A DNA stretch of 21,090 nt from Candidatus Lindowbacteria bacterium RIFCSPLOWO2_12_FULL_62_27 (GTDB lineage Bacteria; Lindowbacteria; 2-12-FULL-62-27): NCBI GenBank assembly GCA_001784175.1, contig MFPR01000011.1:62001-83090 (forward strand). The letters run 5' to 3'. Below, one piece after another: positions 1 through 9,569 of the stretch. The notes beneath the pieces are model-generated. The model saw nothing but the letters and a program-made list of their open reading frames with translations, was not told the origin of the DNA and did no database searches. Position numbers and translations under genes: made by a program. How positions within the stretch are numbered: position 1 is the first letter of the stretch; every line of letters starts with the position of its first letter.

Positions 1-12
1 GGCGGTGGCCGG

Positions 13-996
13 ATGAGCGTGCGTAAACTCCTCGTTTTGGTCGCCTGTCTGTCTCCTCTTTGGGCTTCCGCCGAGTCGATGTCCCTGTCCGATGGTGCGG
101 TCATGTCTGACGCGCCGGCCAAGGGAAAAACGATCGGAAAGCTGAACGGCGGCATTCGCGTCAATCACATTCAGAGCCAGGGTGACCAGGCGCTTGTACA
201 GGTCGAGGGATGGGTCCACCGCTCGGCCTTCGAAAAAATACCGCCCCTGCTCGCCCGAAACCGCTCCCTCACTCTTTCCCAGGCAAACGCCGATATCCGC
301 TCGGCGGCCGACGGCGGCCGCGCGATGGGACGGCTCGGCAAGGACGCCAAACCCGAAATGCGCGACATCAAGGGCAAATGGATCAAGGTCACGGTCGGCG
401 CGTGGGTTCCCGCCGCCCTCCTCGCCGAGGTTTCCGCGGCGGCCCCGTCTTCCGACAAACCCGCGTCTGCGTCCGCGCCGGAAGGCGCCGGCCCTGGACC
501 GCGCGTGCGCCTCTCGACGTCGATGGGCAACATCCTGATCGAACTCGATCCGGCCCGGGCGCCGAAATCCGCCGCCAATTTTCTCTCGTACGTCGGGAAG
601 GGCCATTATGACGGCACGATTTTCCACCGCGTGATCGACAATTTCATGGTCCAGGGCGGAGGATACGCCACGGACTACTCGAAGAAGCCGACCGATGCGC
701 CCGTTCCGATCGAGTCGAGCAACGGATTGAAAAACGCCCGCGGCACGGTCGCCATGGCCCGCACTAACGATCCGAACAGCGCGACCAGCCAGTTTTACAT
801 CAACGTCGTCGACAACGAGTTCCTCAACTACGTCTCGGACGCCGAGCCCGGCTACACGGTCTTCGGCCGCGTGATCGAGGGGATGGACGTGGTGGACCAG
901 ATCCGGAAAGTTCCGACGGGCCCCGGCCCCGCGGAGCTTTCCTCCGACGTTCCGAAAACCATGGTGGTGATCACGAAAGCCTCGAAAGTCGATTAG
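13..996 (+). CDS. Secreted cyclophilin-type peptidyl-prolyl cis-trans isomerase with two N-terminal SH3b-like repeats
   Basis: Signal peptide (MSVRKLLVLVACLSPLWASA). Two SH3b-like segments end in 'VQVEGWV' and 'IKVTVGAWV', followed by a Pro/Ala linker. The C-terminal cyclophilin domain has FHRVIDNFMVQGG, GTVAMARTNDPNSATSQFYIN and GYTVFGRV (PpiA/PpiB-like). Confidence 0.9.
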   Translation: MSVRKLLVLVACLSPLWASAESMSLSDGAVMSDAPAKGKTIGKLNGGIRVNHIQSQGDQALVQVEGWVHRSAFEKIPPLLARNRSLTLSQANADIRSAADGGRAMGRLGKDAKPEMRDIKGKWIKVTVGAWVPAALLAEVSAAAPSSDKPASASAPEGAGPGPRVRLSTSMGNILIELDPARAPKSAANFLSYVGKGHYDGTIFHRVIDNFMVQGGGYATDYSKKPTDAPVPIESSNGLKNARGTVAMARTNDPNSATSQFYINVVDNEFLNYVSDAEPGYTVFGRVIEGMDVVDQIRKVPTGPGPAELSSDVPKTMVVITKASKVD

Positions 997-1003
997 CCGC
1001 GAC

Positions 1004-2254
1004 GTGGACGATATCTCAATCAAGCCCCGGATTCGCCCGGTCGAGGCGTTTCCCATGCGCGAGAACGGTCAGATGTTGATTGTTCTGCGCGACCCCTGTC
1101 ATTATTCGGACGCGGTCCTCACCCTTACACCCGCCGCCGCGCTGACCATTCAGATGCTGGACGGGACGCACACGCTTCTGGACATCCAGGCGGCCCTGAC
1201 CCGGGCGGCCGGGCAGATTTTTCCTTCGGACAAAATTCAGGAACTGGTCCGGATCCTCGACGACTGCTTTTTCCTCGACAACGACCGGTTCGACGCCCAC
1301 AAACGGCGCTGCGATGACGAATTCTCGGCCAGCCCCATCCGCCCGTCCGCGATGGCCGGCAAAAGCTACCCGGCCGATCCCTCCGAAGTCCGCGCGCTCC
1401 TCGACGGCCTCTTCGCGCAATCGGCGCCGTCCGGGCTCCTCTCCACCGGCGAAAACGGTCCCGTCGTCGGCGTCGTGTCGCCCCACATCGACTTCGCGCG
1501 CGGCGGAACGACCTATACGCCTGCATACCGCGCGCTGGCGGAATCAGACGCGGAGACGTACGTGATTTTCGGAATTTCCCACGCCGGCGGCGAGACGCCG
1601 CTCATTCCGACCCGCAAGGATTTTCAAACGCCGTTGGGGCGGGTCGAAGCGGACCACGAGATCCTGGACCTCCTCGAAAAAAATCTCATCGCGCGGGACG
1701 GATGGCCCCGTCCCTACGCCGCCGAATTCGCGCACGCGCACGAGCATTCCATCGAATTCCAGGTCGTCTTTCTCCAGCACCTCCGGCCTTCCCGACCGTT
1801 CAGGATTCTGCCCATCCTCTGCGCGTTTTCCCACGAGGAAGTCCATGCCGAATCTGACCGGACCGGCCCGATCCGCGTCTTTCTGGACGCACTGCGAGTG
1901 GCGATCGAGCAGAGCGGCCGGCGGGTCGGATACATCGCCGGGGTCGATTTCGCGCATGTTGGCGCCCAGTTCGGAGACACGTATCAGGTGAAGGAAAAAG
2001 AACTGGCGTTTCTCAAGGAACGCGACGAACAGATGATGGCCCTCATCGCCTCGGACGGGCCGGAGGCGTTTCACCGGTTTGTTTTCGAGGAAGCCAACAG
2101 CCGGCGAGTCTGCGGTTATCCGGCGCTCTATTCGTTTTTGTCCGTGCTTCCGCCGGCCGCCGCGCGCGGCGGACAAGTCCTCAAGTACGGCCAGTGGCCC
2201 GATCCCAACGGGACCGTTACCTTCGGCAGCATGGCCTTTTCGGCGGACGCCTGA
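1004..2254 (+). CDS. MEMO1-family protein (AmmeMemoRadiSam system protein B-like) with N-terminal PqqD-like extension
   Basis: GTG start. MEMO motifs AGKSYP, SPHIDF, GISH, EHSIEFQ, VDFAHVG and VCG. The first ~85 aa (LRDP...LDGTHTLLDIQ...LVRILDDCFFLD) resemble a winged-helix PqqD-like domain. Confidence 0.85.
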   Translation: MDDISIKPRIRPVEAFPMRENGQMLIVLRDPCHYSDAVLTLTPAAALTIQMLDGTHTLLDIQAALTRAAGQIFPSDKIQELVRILDDCFFLDNDRFDAHKRRCDDEFSASPIRPSAMAGKSYPADPSEVRALLDGLFAQSAPSGLLSTGENGPVVGVVSPHIDFARGGTTYTPAYRALAESDAETYVIFGISHAGGETPLIPTRKDFQTPLGRVEADHEILDLLEKNLIARDGWPRPYAAEFAHAHEHSIEFQVVFLQHLRPSRPFRILPILCAFSHEEVHAESDRTGPIRVFLDALRVAIEQSGRRVGYIAGVDFAHVGAQFGDTYQVKEKELAFLKERDEQMMALIASDGPEAFHRFVFEEANSRRVCGYPALYSFLSVLPPAAARGGQVLKYGQWPDPNGTVTFGSMAFSADA

Positions 2255-2256
2255 AG

Positions 2257-4044
2257 ATGGCTTCCAATCATTCGCTCGATGCGTGGGTTGAGGAATCCGC
2301 ACGGCTGACCCGCCCGAAGGACATTCACTGGTGCGACGGCTCCGAGGCTGAGGTGGACCGGTTGATCGGCCTCATGCTCGATCAGGGGGACCTCGTTCGG
2401 TTGAGCGAGACGCGGCATCCCAACTGTTACCTTCACCGCAGCCACCCCACCGACGTGTCCCGCACGGAGCATCTCACGTTCATCTGCGCGGCGCGGCCGG
2501 AAGACGTCGGGCCGACCAATAACTGGATGGACCCGCAAAAGGCCAGGACGGAGGTCGGCCGGTTGTTTGATGGCGCGATGCGCGGCCGGACCATGTATGT
2601 CGTCCCCTATCTCATGGGTCCGGCGGGCTCGGCGCACAGCCGCGTGGGCGTGGAGATCACCGACAGCCCTTACGTGGTGGCGAACATGCGGATCATGACG
2701 CGGATGGGCCGGGTGGCGCTGGACCATTTGAAGAATGCCGGCGAGTTCTCTCCGGGGCTGCACTCGCTCGGAGACCTTTCACCCGACCGCCGGTTCATCG
2801 TGCATTTCCCGGAGGAGCGCCTGATCTGGAGCATCGGATCCGGATACGGGGGAAACGCGCTGCTCGGCAAAAAATGTTTTGCGCTCCGGATCGCCAGTTG
2901 GATCGCGCGGCAACAGGGGTGGCTCGCGGAGCACATGCTGATCCTCGGCCTCGAGGACCCGGAGGGCCGCGTGACGTACATGGCGGCCGCCTTTCCGAGC
3001 GCCTGCGGCAAGACCAACCTGGCGATGCTGGCGTCCCCGCTGGCGCATCTCGGGTACAAAGTCTGGACGGTCGGAGACGACATCGCCTGGATGCGGGTGG
3101 GCCCGGACGGCCGGCTGTGGGCGATCAATCCGGAAGCCGGATTCTTTGGCGTCGCGCCCGGAACGAATTCCCAGAGCAACCCGAACGCGATCGCGGCGCT
3201 GAATAAAAATTCCATCTTCACCAACGTCGGCCTCACCCCGGATTTGCGGCCCTGGTGGGAGGGCATCAGCGAGCCGTTGCCGGCCGGAACGATCGACTGG
3301 CGGGGCAGGTCCGCCGACCCGAACGGCGCCGATCCCGTGGCGCATCCCAACGCCCGGTACACCGCGCCGGCCCGGCAATGTCCCAGCATTTCGCCGGAGT
3401 GGGAATCCCCCGAAGGCGTTCCGATCTCGGCGATTCTCTTCGGCGGCCGGCGCCGGCGCGTGGCGCCGCTCGTGTACCAGTCCTTCGACTGGCCGCACGG
3501 CGTCTTCGTGGGCGCGTCGATGGCCTCCGAGACCACGGCCGCCGCCACCGGACAGGTCGGCGTCACGCGCCGGGACCCGATGGCGATGCTGCCGTTTTGC
3601 GGATACAACATGGGCGACTATTTCGGCCACTGGCTGTCGGTGGGCGCGCGCATGGCCCGGCCGCCGCTGATCTTTCACGTCAACTGGTTTCGCCAGAGCG
3701 CCGCCGGAATATTTTTGTGGCCCGGATTCGGCGAAAACGTCCGCGTCCTCCGCTGGATTCTCGACCGCGTCCGCGGCGGCGGCGAGGCGCGGGAAACAGA
3801 GATCGGATATGTCCCGACCCCCGCCGCGCTCGACCTCGACGGACTCGGGATCCCTCCCGAAACGGTCCGGGCGGCGCTGGAAGTTGACCGGGAAAGCTGG
3901 GTCGCGGAGATTTCAGAACAGCGCGAATTTTTTCAAAAATTCGGCGACCGGACGCCCGCGCGGATATGGGAGGAACACCGGCGACTCGCGGCGCGTCTCA
4001 AGTGCGCGGTGGACGCGCCTCCTGCGGCCTCCCGTGCGGATTGA
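2257..4044 (+). CDS. pckG: Phosphoenolpyruvate carboxykinase (GTP)
   Basis: Signature FPSACGKTNLA plus GSGYGGNALLGKKC, VGDDIAW, AINPEAGFFGVAPG and RDPMAMLPFCGYNMGDY. ATG 2257 lies 2 nt after the upstream stop; the ORF-track start at 2194 overlaps the previous gene. Confidence 0.97.
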   Translation: MASNHSLDAWVEESARLTRPKDIHWCDGSEAEVDRLIGLMLDQGDLVRLSETRHPNCYLHRSHPTDVSRTEHLTFICAARPEDVGPTNNWMDPQKARTEVGRLFDGAMRGRTMYVVPYLMGPAGSAHSRVGVEITDSPYVVANMRIMTRMGRVALDHLKNAGEFSPGLHSLGDLSPDRRFIVHFPEERLIWSIGSGYGGNALLGKKCFALRIASWIARQQGWLAEHMLILGLEDPEGRVTYMAAAFPSACGKTNLAMLASPLAHLGYKVWTVGDDIAWMRVGPDGRLWAINPEAGFFGVAPGTNSQSNPNAIAALNKNSIFTNVGLTPDLRPWWEGISEPLPAGTIDWRGRSADPNGADPVAHPNARYTAPARQCPSISPEWESPEGVPISAILFGGRRRRVAPLVYQSFDWPHGVFVGASMASETTAAATGQVGVTRRDPMAMLPFCGYNMGDYFGHWLSVGARMARPPLIFHVNWFRQSAAGIFLWPGFGENVRVLRWILDRVRGGGEARETEIGYVPTPAALDLDGLGIPPETVRAALEVDRESWVAEISEQREFFQKFGDRTPARIWEEHRRLAARLKCAVDAPPAASRAD

Positions 4045-4579
4045 AATCGCGCCGGAAGAATCCTATCACCTGATCAATCACGGCCCCTGCAATCTTCTCA
4101 CGACCGGCGATGGCGCGCGTCGCAACGTCGCGCCCATCAACTGGACCATGCCCTTGAACAACGACCCGCCCCTCATGCTCACCGTCGTCGAAGAGGGCAT
4201 CTTCACCGACACCCTCCTCAGGGCCAACGGCGAATTCGTGATCAACGTCGTCGGCGAACCGCTGGCCGCCAAGGTCCTCGTCTGCGGCCGGAGTCACGGA
4301 AGCGAAACCGACAAATTCGAAACGGTGGGCCTGACGCCGGCGGCGTCGAAAAAGGTCAAGCCGCCGTACCTTAAGGAATCCCTCGCGCACATCGAGTGCC
4401 AACCGGTCAATCGCCATCCCTACGACGGCGTCACGATCTACGTCGGCCGGGTCGTCCACGCCGAAGTCGAGGAGGCCTTCTGGACCGGCAAGACCCTCGA
4501 CGCCGAAAAAGCCAAAACAATCCACCATCTCTCCGGCGGAACCTTCGCCGTCTCCGACCGCGTCATCCGCGTGCGGTAA
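4034..4579 (+). CDS. Flavin reductase family (FMN-binding split-barrel) protein
   Basis: Motifs NVAPINW, GEFVINV, CGRSHGSETDKF, KPPYLKESLAHIEC and IHHLSGGTF. The probable GTG start at 4034 overlaps the end of pckG. Confidence 0.85.
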   Translation: MRIEIAPEESYHLINHGPCNLLTTGDGARRNVAPINWTMPLNNDPPLMLTVVEEGIFTDTLLRANGEFVINVVGEPLAAKVLVCGRSHGSETDKFETVGLTPAASKKVKPPYLKESLAHIECQPVNRHPYDGVTIYVGRVVHAEVEEAFWTGKTLDAEKAKTIHHLSGGTFAVSDRVIRVR

Positions 4580-4582
4580 ATC

Positions 4583-4969
4583 ATGGACCGTTGCTTTTTC
4601 ATGATGGGAAGCGTCTTCGCGTTCCTGGGCGTTACGGCGGGTGCGTTTGGCGCGCACGGTCTCAAACGGTACTTTGAAGCGCATCCGGACATGCAGGCGG
4701 TTTTCAAGACGGGCGTTGAATATCAGATGTGGCACGCGCTCGCCCTCCTCGCGGCGGCCTGGGCGGCGGCGCGCTGGCCGGGATCGTGGGTGAACGCGTC
4801 TGGCTGGTGTTTCGCGGCCGGGATCGTCCTGTTCTCAGGCAGCCTCTACGCCCTGAGCCTGACCCGCATTCGCATCTTCGGCGCCATCACGCCGGTCGGA
4901 GGCCTGGCGTTCCTCGCCGGCTGGCTGTGCCTCGCGCTCGCCGCATGGCGGAATGTTCTGCCGCGCTGA
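4583..4969 (+). CDS. DUF423 (YgdD/TMEM256) family membrane protein
   Basis: GAFGAHGL, YQMWHALAL, GIVLFSGSLY and GAITPVGG...GW are characteristic of DUF423. Confidence 0.92.
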   Translation: MDRCFFMMGSVFAFLGVTAGAFGAHGLKRYFEAHPDMQAVFKTGVEYQMWHALALLAAAWAAARWPGSWVNASGWCFAAGIVLFSGSLYALSLTRIRIFGAITPVGGLAFLAGWLCLALAAWRNVLPR

Positions 4970-4978
4970 AGAAACCTG

Positions 4979-5006
4979 TTGATTTTTCCGCAGACTATGA
5001 CACCAT
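4979..5006 (+). promoter_or_regulatory. Possible sigma70-type promoter for the lipoprotein gene
   Basis: TTGATT (4979-4984), 16-nt spacer, then TG-n-CACCAT (TG at 4998-4999, hexamer 5001-5006), in a relatively AT-rich intergenic gap. Weak match. Confidence 0.3.
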
Positions 5007-5037
5007 ACCGCATTCTTCATCCCAAAGGAGGGTGGTC

Positions 5038-5313
5038 ATGAACAAAGCACTGAAAGTGGGCGTCGCGGTCGCGATGGCCCTGGCGCTTGCCGGATGCGGC
5101 AAGGCGCTGAAAGAGGAGAATGCCCGGCTCACCGAGCAGGTGACACAGCTTACGGAACTCAACAACTCGTTGACGACCGAAAAGGGATCGCTCGAAGCGC
5201 AGCTCGCAGAGATGACGGCCAAGGTCGCGGGGCTTGAGGCGGAAAACCAGAACCTCAACGAGCAGATCGCGGCCAAAATCAAGGCACGGCCGGCGCCCAA
5301 GAAAAAGGGCTGA
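5038..5313 (+). CDS. Small coiled-coil lipoprotein (91 aa)
   Basis: SD AAAGGAGG (5024-5031) is fully complementary to the 16S 3' tail in this window. Lipobox LAG-C20, heptad-patterned helix and basic tail RPAPKKKG. Confidence 0.85.
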   Translation: MNKALKVGVAVAMALALAGCGKALKEENARLTEQVTQLTELNNSLTTEKGSLEAQLAEMTAKVAGLEAENQNLNEQIAAKIKARPAPKKKG

Positions 5314-5321
5314 TCGGCCCG

Positions 5322-5340
5322 CCGGCCTCGTTCAGGCCGG
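5322..5340. terminator. Possible hairpin at the convergent gene junction
   Basis: CCGGCCT-CGTTC-AGGCCGG, a 7-bp stem overlapping the glpD stop. There is no U-tract, so terminator function is doubtful. Confidence 0.25.
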
Positions 5341-6810
5341 ATGGTGCCGGGACCATTCGATCCGGGCCTGATGCGTTTCGCGGATCGTTTTCTCGGGATC
5401 CCAGCCTAAGCGTTTAGCAAATATTCCGGCCATGTTCGCCAGGATGCCCTCATCCGGCCGGCAGATGAGACCGAGGTTGGTGCGCCGCCGAAGGAAATCC
5501 ATCGGCCGGCGGGCCATCTCGTGATCCAGCGCCCGGGACACATCCTCCCAGCAAACGCCGCTGCCCGAAACGATTTCTCCGGTTTGAGTGCGGCGGTCTT
5601 CTTGCCGCGCCACTCCCGGCAGCGGTCGTTCGGTCTGCCCCGGCGGGATCGGCCGGCGCAGCCGCCGGAAGACCTGCCGGACCACGCGGTCGGCCATGGC
5701 GCGATACGTGGTGTATTTCCCGCCGATGACCGATATCAGTCCCGACCGGCTTTCCAGGATTCTGTATTCTCTCGACACGCTGGATGGGCCGCCATCGTTG
5801 CGGAGAAGCGTCCGGATGCCCGCGAACGCGCCGGTCACGTCAGACGTTGAGAGAGAAACGCCGGAGAGAACTTCGGAAACTTCAGACAACAGATAGGAGA
5901 CATCCTCCGGTTCGATTCGCGGCTCCGCCGGGTCTTCCCCGCTGTCCGTGTCGGTCGTTCCGATCAGCGAGTGGCGTGACCCGAACGGCAAGAGAAACAA
6001 CACACGGCCGTCGGACCGCGCCGTCCACGTGAGCCCGTGGGACCGCAGAAGCGCGCCGGTGATCAAATGGATCCCGCGCGTGCGCCGGACCGTGGGCGGG
6101 CCGCCGGGATCGTCGAGGGCGCGGATGGCGTCGGCCCAGGGCCCCGTGGCGTTGACCGTGACGGATGCGCGGACGAAAAATTCCTGCGCCGTTTCAAGAT
6201 CTTCGCAGCGCGCGCCGGTCACACAGCCCTTCGATTTTTCGAGACCCGCCACCCGGACGTAATTGGCGGCGGCCACGCCGGCTTGGACCGCGGCGATCAC
6301 GTTTTCGAGACACAGCCGCGCGTCGTTCATCCGGCAGTCGTAATACAGGCCCGCGCCTTCGAGCCGGTCCTGATTCACCGCCGGCTCCAGCGCCCGAAGG
6401 CTCTCCGGCCACAGCATCCGGTGCCTTTGAATCACCCGCGGGCCGGCCAGAAAATCGTAGAGGACGAGGCCCAGCCGGATTTTCCAAAGCGGCCGGCCGA
6501 ATCCGCGCCAGCAGGGGAACAGAACCGGCAGCGGCTCGACGAGATGCGGCGCGATCCGCAGGAGGATGTCCCGCTCCCGGCACGCCTCCGCGACCAGCCG
6601 GAATTCCGCGTGCTCTAGGTATCGCAGCCCTCCGTGCACGAGCTTCGACGACCTTGAACTCGTCCCGCTCCCGAAATCGCCCTGGTCGACCAGCGCGACT
6701 CTCAGCCCCCGCAGAGCGGCGTCCCGGGCGACGCCGGCGCCGAGGATGCCGCCGCCGATGACCAGAAGGTCGAACGATTCGGAACGGAGCCGGCCGGTGT
6801 CTCGATTCAA
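5332..6810 (-). CDS. glpD: FAD-dependent glycerol-3-phosphate dehydrogenase/oxidase
   Basis: TTG start. FAD motif DLLVIGGGILGAGVARDAALRGL, plus GTSSRSSKLVHGGLRYLE, VNATGPWAD, IGTTD and GGKYTTYRAMA. Confidence 0.93.
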   Translation of the reverse strand: MNRDTGRLRSESFDLLVIGGGILGAGVARDAALRGLRVALVDQGDFGSGTSSRSSKLVHGGLRYLEHAEFRLVAEACRERDILLRIAPHLVEPLPVLFPCWRGFGRPLWKIRLGLVLYDFLAGPRVIQRHRMLWPESLRALEPAVNQDRLEGAGLYYDCRMNDARLCLENVIAAVQAGVAAANYVRVAGLEKSKGCVTGARCEDLETAQEFFVRASVTVNATGPWADAIRALDDPGGPPTVRRTRGIHLITGALLRSHGLTWTARSDGRVLFLLPFGSRHSLIGTTDTDSGEDPAEPRIEPEDVSYLLSEVSEVLSGVSLSTSDVTGAFAGIRTLLRNDGGPSSVSREYRILESRSGLISVIGGKYTTYRAMADRVVRQVFRRLRRPIPPGQTERPLPGVARQEDRRTQTGEIVSGSGVCWEDVSRALDHEMARRPMDFLRRRTNLGLICRPDEGILANMAGIFAKRLGWDPEKTIRETHQARIEWSRHHPA

Positions 6811-6817
6811 CTAAGCG

Positions 6818-9550
6818 TCAGAATGGAATCAGCGCGGCGGTCAGATCGTGTTCGAGGGTCAGTTTGAGTTTCAGCAGGTCGGCCGGAGGAACCGCGAGAG
6901 ATTTGTCCAGAACGATTTGGCTCACACCGAGGCCGGTCGCGCCGGCCTGCCGGACCGCCGCCGCCATGCGCGCGCGCTCGGCCGGAACCGACAGATCGAG
7001 GGCGCCCGACGCCGTCTCGAATCTGAAATCCGCCGCGCCCAGCGCGGCCGGGTTCGGATTCGGCGTTTTCTGGATGGCTGTCCACCGGAACGCGTTCGAT
7101 GCGCCGGCCGCATCGGTCACCACCGCCGGACTGGCAACGATTTTGTCGCCGTCGGGGAAAACGTCGTACACATTGAGCCGCCGGTCCGGAGCCACCTGGG
7201 CGACAAACGCGCGGATGTCGCGCAGAGCGGAATTCCGGTGCGCCTTCGGGATCGAACAGGCCGACACGCGATTCAGATCGTCGGCGAACAGGATGAGACA
7301 GCGCGTTTCGTCCGGCCGCGCCGCGAAAATGTCGAACTCGCCGGCTCGGAATTTCCCGGCGGCCGCGCTGAAAAAACCCGTCACGCCGTTCCTCGCGCCG
7401 AACCGGTACTCCCGCGGCAGGTCGCTGGTCACCTGCCGCGCGATCCCGTCCAGGAGGCCGGCAAGGTCCGGATGCTCGACATGCCGCACCTCATGTCCGG
7501 CGGCCATGAATGCGTCCAGCCGGCCCCCGCGCTCGTCCAGATACACGCTCACCGCCTTCTCCGGCCGGTGCGTCCGAAACGCCGACACGAGGTCGGTGAG
7601 GTATCCCTTGAACGACAACATCTCCTTCAGCCGGCCCGTCACCGAATGGAAGAACAGGAACTGAACGGGATTCGGCCGGCCCTCCCGGATGTAGCCGGAC
7701 ACCATCTCGCACAAGAGCGCGCGCATGTCGGTCTCGCTCGAAAAATGGTCCGCGAACAGCTCCGACCAGCTGTTCGCGTAAAACACGGCGATCCGGTCCG
7801 CCTCGTCCGCCGGGTCGAGCAGGCACGTCACGAACACGCGCCGGATGAACGGGTCCTCGAGGTAATGGCGGGGCTTCGATTTGGCCTGCGACAGGAGCTG
7901 TTCCGCCATCGCCGTGACGAGCTTGGAGACTTCGGCGAAAGAAATGTTCGCGTCGCCGGAATAGACGCTGAGTTTCGTCTGAAACGCTCCGAAGATCTTG
8001 CTGTTCGCGACCCAGAAGCACAGGTCGGACAGATGCGGCTGCGTGTTGATCACGTTGTCGAACTGCGGCTGAAACTGGTCCCTCCGCATCTCGCCGCGGT
8101 ACAGCCGCCAGTCGCCCTGCCGGGCGATGGCGAGCTCGGGCTCGGAGACGCTGTCGTCGAAGGAAAAACAAAAATGCTTTATCTTTTTCGGTTTCGGCAT
8201 GTAATAGGCCATCAGCTTCCGGGAAATGATCGTCAGGTCCGTCTGGCTGATCATGCTGTTGCCGCCGATCAGGTCCTTGGACTTGGTCAACTCGGAAAAC
8301 GTCCGGATCATGTAGACGCGCAGGTCGTGGTCGAACTTCATGACCTCCTCCATCGTCCACCGGTGGAAGGAGTCCAGCCGCCGGGTCCGCGTCGGGTCCC
8401 AGCTCCATGACTTGACGTACCGGTTCATCACCGTCTGCTTGTGGCTCCCGGCGTGCGCGTTCTTGTTCTGGCCCGACAGGTTCGGCTGGACCTTCAGGTA
8501 GAAGCAGGACCGCAGGAGGTCCGCCTCCTGCGCTTTGTCGCGGGTCGTGAAAAAGGAATCGATGGAATTGAACATCAGAAGATACGCGTCGATCGCGTCG
8601 GTTTCCAGATTCTCGTTCCGAATGACGTTTTCCTTCAGCGTGTTCGACAGGAGCGTCACGCGGTCCTCGGTGTCGCCGAACAGGTATTTGTTGATCAGGC
8701 ACATCTTGATGAAGGACTTGAACGGGTAGTGCAGCGACTTGACGAGTTGCCAGAGCGCGGCGCCGAAAAATTCGGTCTTCTCGATTTTGCTCACGTTGCC
8801 GATGTCGATGAAGTCCCTGGAAAAGGCCTCGTCGTCCTCGTGAAACTTCTCGTGGAACCGGTGATAATCCTCGTCCGATACGGCCGGGTCCACCATCCAC
8901 CAGTACGGGACCTTCCCCGCGATCAGGATGGCGGTCCGGTAATACTCGTCCTTCAGCATGAGCGCCTGGGCCGAGCCGCAGGACTCGTCGTCCACGGCGC
9001 CGAACACATTGTTCTTGACGGATTTTATGTCGGTGGGAAAAAAGTGGACCTCCAGGCGCATCGTCGCCAGCCACTCCTCGATCCCGCGGAGCTTGTCGCA
9101 AAACCGCTTGAAGCCTTCGTCGTCCGCCTCGTCCCGGTGGATCCCGACCCACATGTCGAAATCGGACTGCCGGGTCTGCGCGACCGAGCCGACGCTGCCC
9201 ATGACGCTCAAAAACTCGACGAACCCACCGCTCCGGTCATCCTTGTCGGAGACTTTGACGGTCTTGGAAAAATACCGCTGGATGTGCGTCACCGTGTCCT
9301 CGTCCGGCACATAGTACTTGATCCCGTGCGGCGTCTCCGGATGGTCGACGAATCCGGGCAGGCCCCGAAAGTTCGTGTGGACCAGGAACGGGACGATCTT
9401 GAAGATCAGGGTGTAGTTTTCAGGAAAGACGTGGTGGACATTCTGAAACCGGATCCGGTTGAAGCGGTCGAAGATTGCCCGGTTCCGGACCAAGTCCGGC
9501 ACGACGACAGATAGCCCATCCCCCCCTGTCGACGCGGCATTCGACATCAT
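6818..9550 (-). CDS. cyaA: Class I adenylate cyclase (CyaA-like) with divergent C-terminal region
   Basis: MGSVGSVAQTRQSDFDMWV matches the class I nucleotidyltransferase GS...SDxD motif. ESCGSAQALMLKDEYYRTAILIAGK and FFGAALWQLVKSLHYPFKS match conserved blocks of enterobacterial CyaA. 910 aa. Confidence 0.88.
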   Translation of the reverse strand: MMSNAASTGGDGLSVVVPDLVRNRAIFDRFNRIRFQNVHHVFPENYTLIFKIVPFLVHTNFRGLPGFVDHPETPHGIKYYVPDEDTVTHIQRYFSKTVKVSDKDDRSGGFVEFLSVMGSVGSVAQTRQSDFDMWVGIHRDEADDEGFKRFCDKLRGIEEWLATMRLEVHFFPTDIKSVKNNVFGAVDDESCGSAQALMLKDEYYRTAILIAGKVPYWWMVDPAVSDEDYHRFHEKFHEDDEAFSRDFIDIGNVSKIEKTEFFGAALWQLVKSLHYPFKSFIKMCLINKYLFGDTEDRVTLLSNTLKENVIRNENLETDAIDAYLLMFNSIDSFFTTRDKAQEADLLRSCFYLKVQPNLSGQNKNAHAGSHKQTVMNRYVKSWSWDPTRTRRLDSFHRWTMEEVMKFDHDLRVYMIRTFSELTKSKDLIGGNSMISQTDLTIISRKLMAYYMPKPKKIKHFCFSFDDSVSEPELAIARQGDWRLYRGEMRRDQFQPQFDNVINTQPHLSDLCFWVANSKIFGAFQTKLSVYSGDANISFAEVSKLVTAMAEQLLSQAKSKPRHYLEDPFIRRVFVTCLLDPADEADRIAVFYANSWSELFADHFSSETDMRALLCEMVSGYIREGRPNPVQFLFFHSVTGRLKEMLSFKGYLTDLVSAFRTHRPEKAVSVYLDERGGRLDAFMAAGHEVRHVEHPDLAGLLDGIARQVTSDLPREYRFGARNGVTGFFSAAAGKFRAGEFDIFAARPDETRCLILFADDLNRVSACSIPKAHRNSALRDIRAFVAQVAPDRRLNVYDVFPDGDKIVASPAVVTDAAGASNAFRWTAIQKTPNPNPAALGAADFRFETASGALDLSVPAERARMAAAVRQAGATGLGVSQIVLDKSLAVPPADLLKLKLTLEHDLTAALIPF

Positions 9551-9558
9551 AAGCGAGT

Positions 9559-9569
9559 ATTATACCACA
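9559..9569 (-). promoter_or_regulatory. Perfect extended -10 element (TGTGGTATAAT) 8 nt upstream of the cyaA ATG
   Basis: The minus strand reads TGTGG-TATAAT-ACTCGCTT-ATG and overlaps the glpK TAA stop. An A8 tract lies upstream (9590-9597) and there is no SD. Confidence 0.6.
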
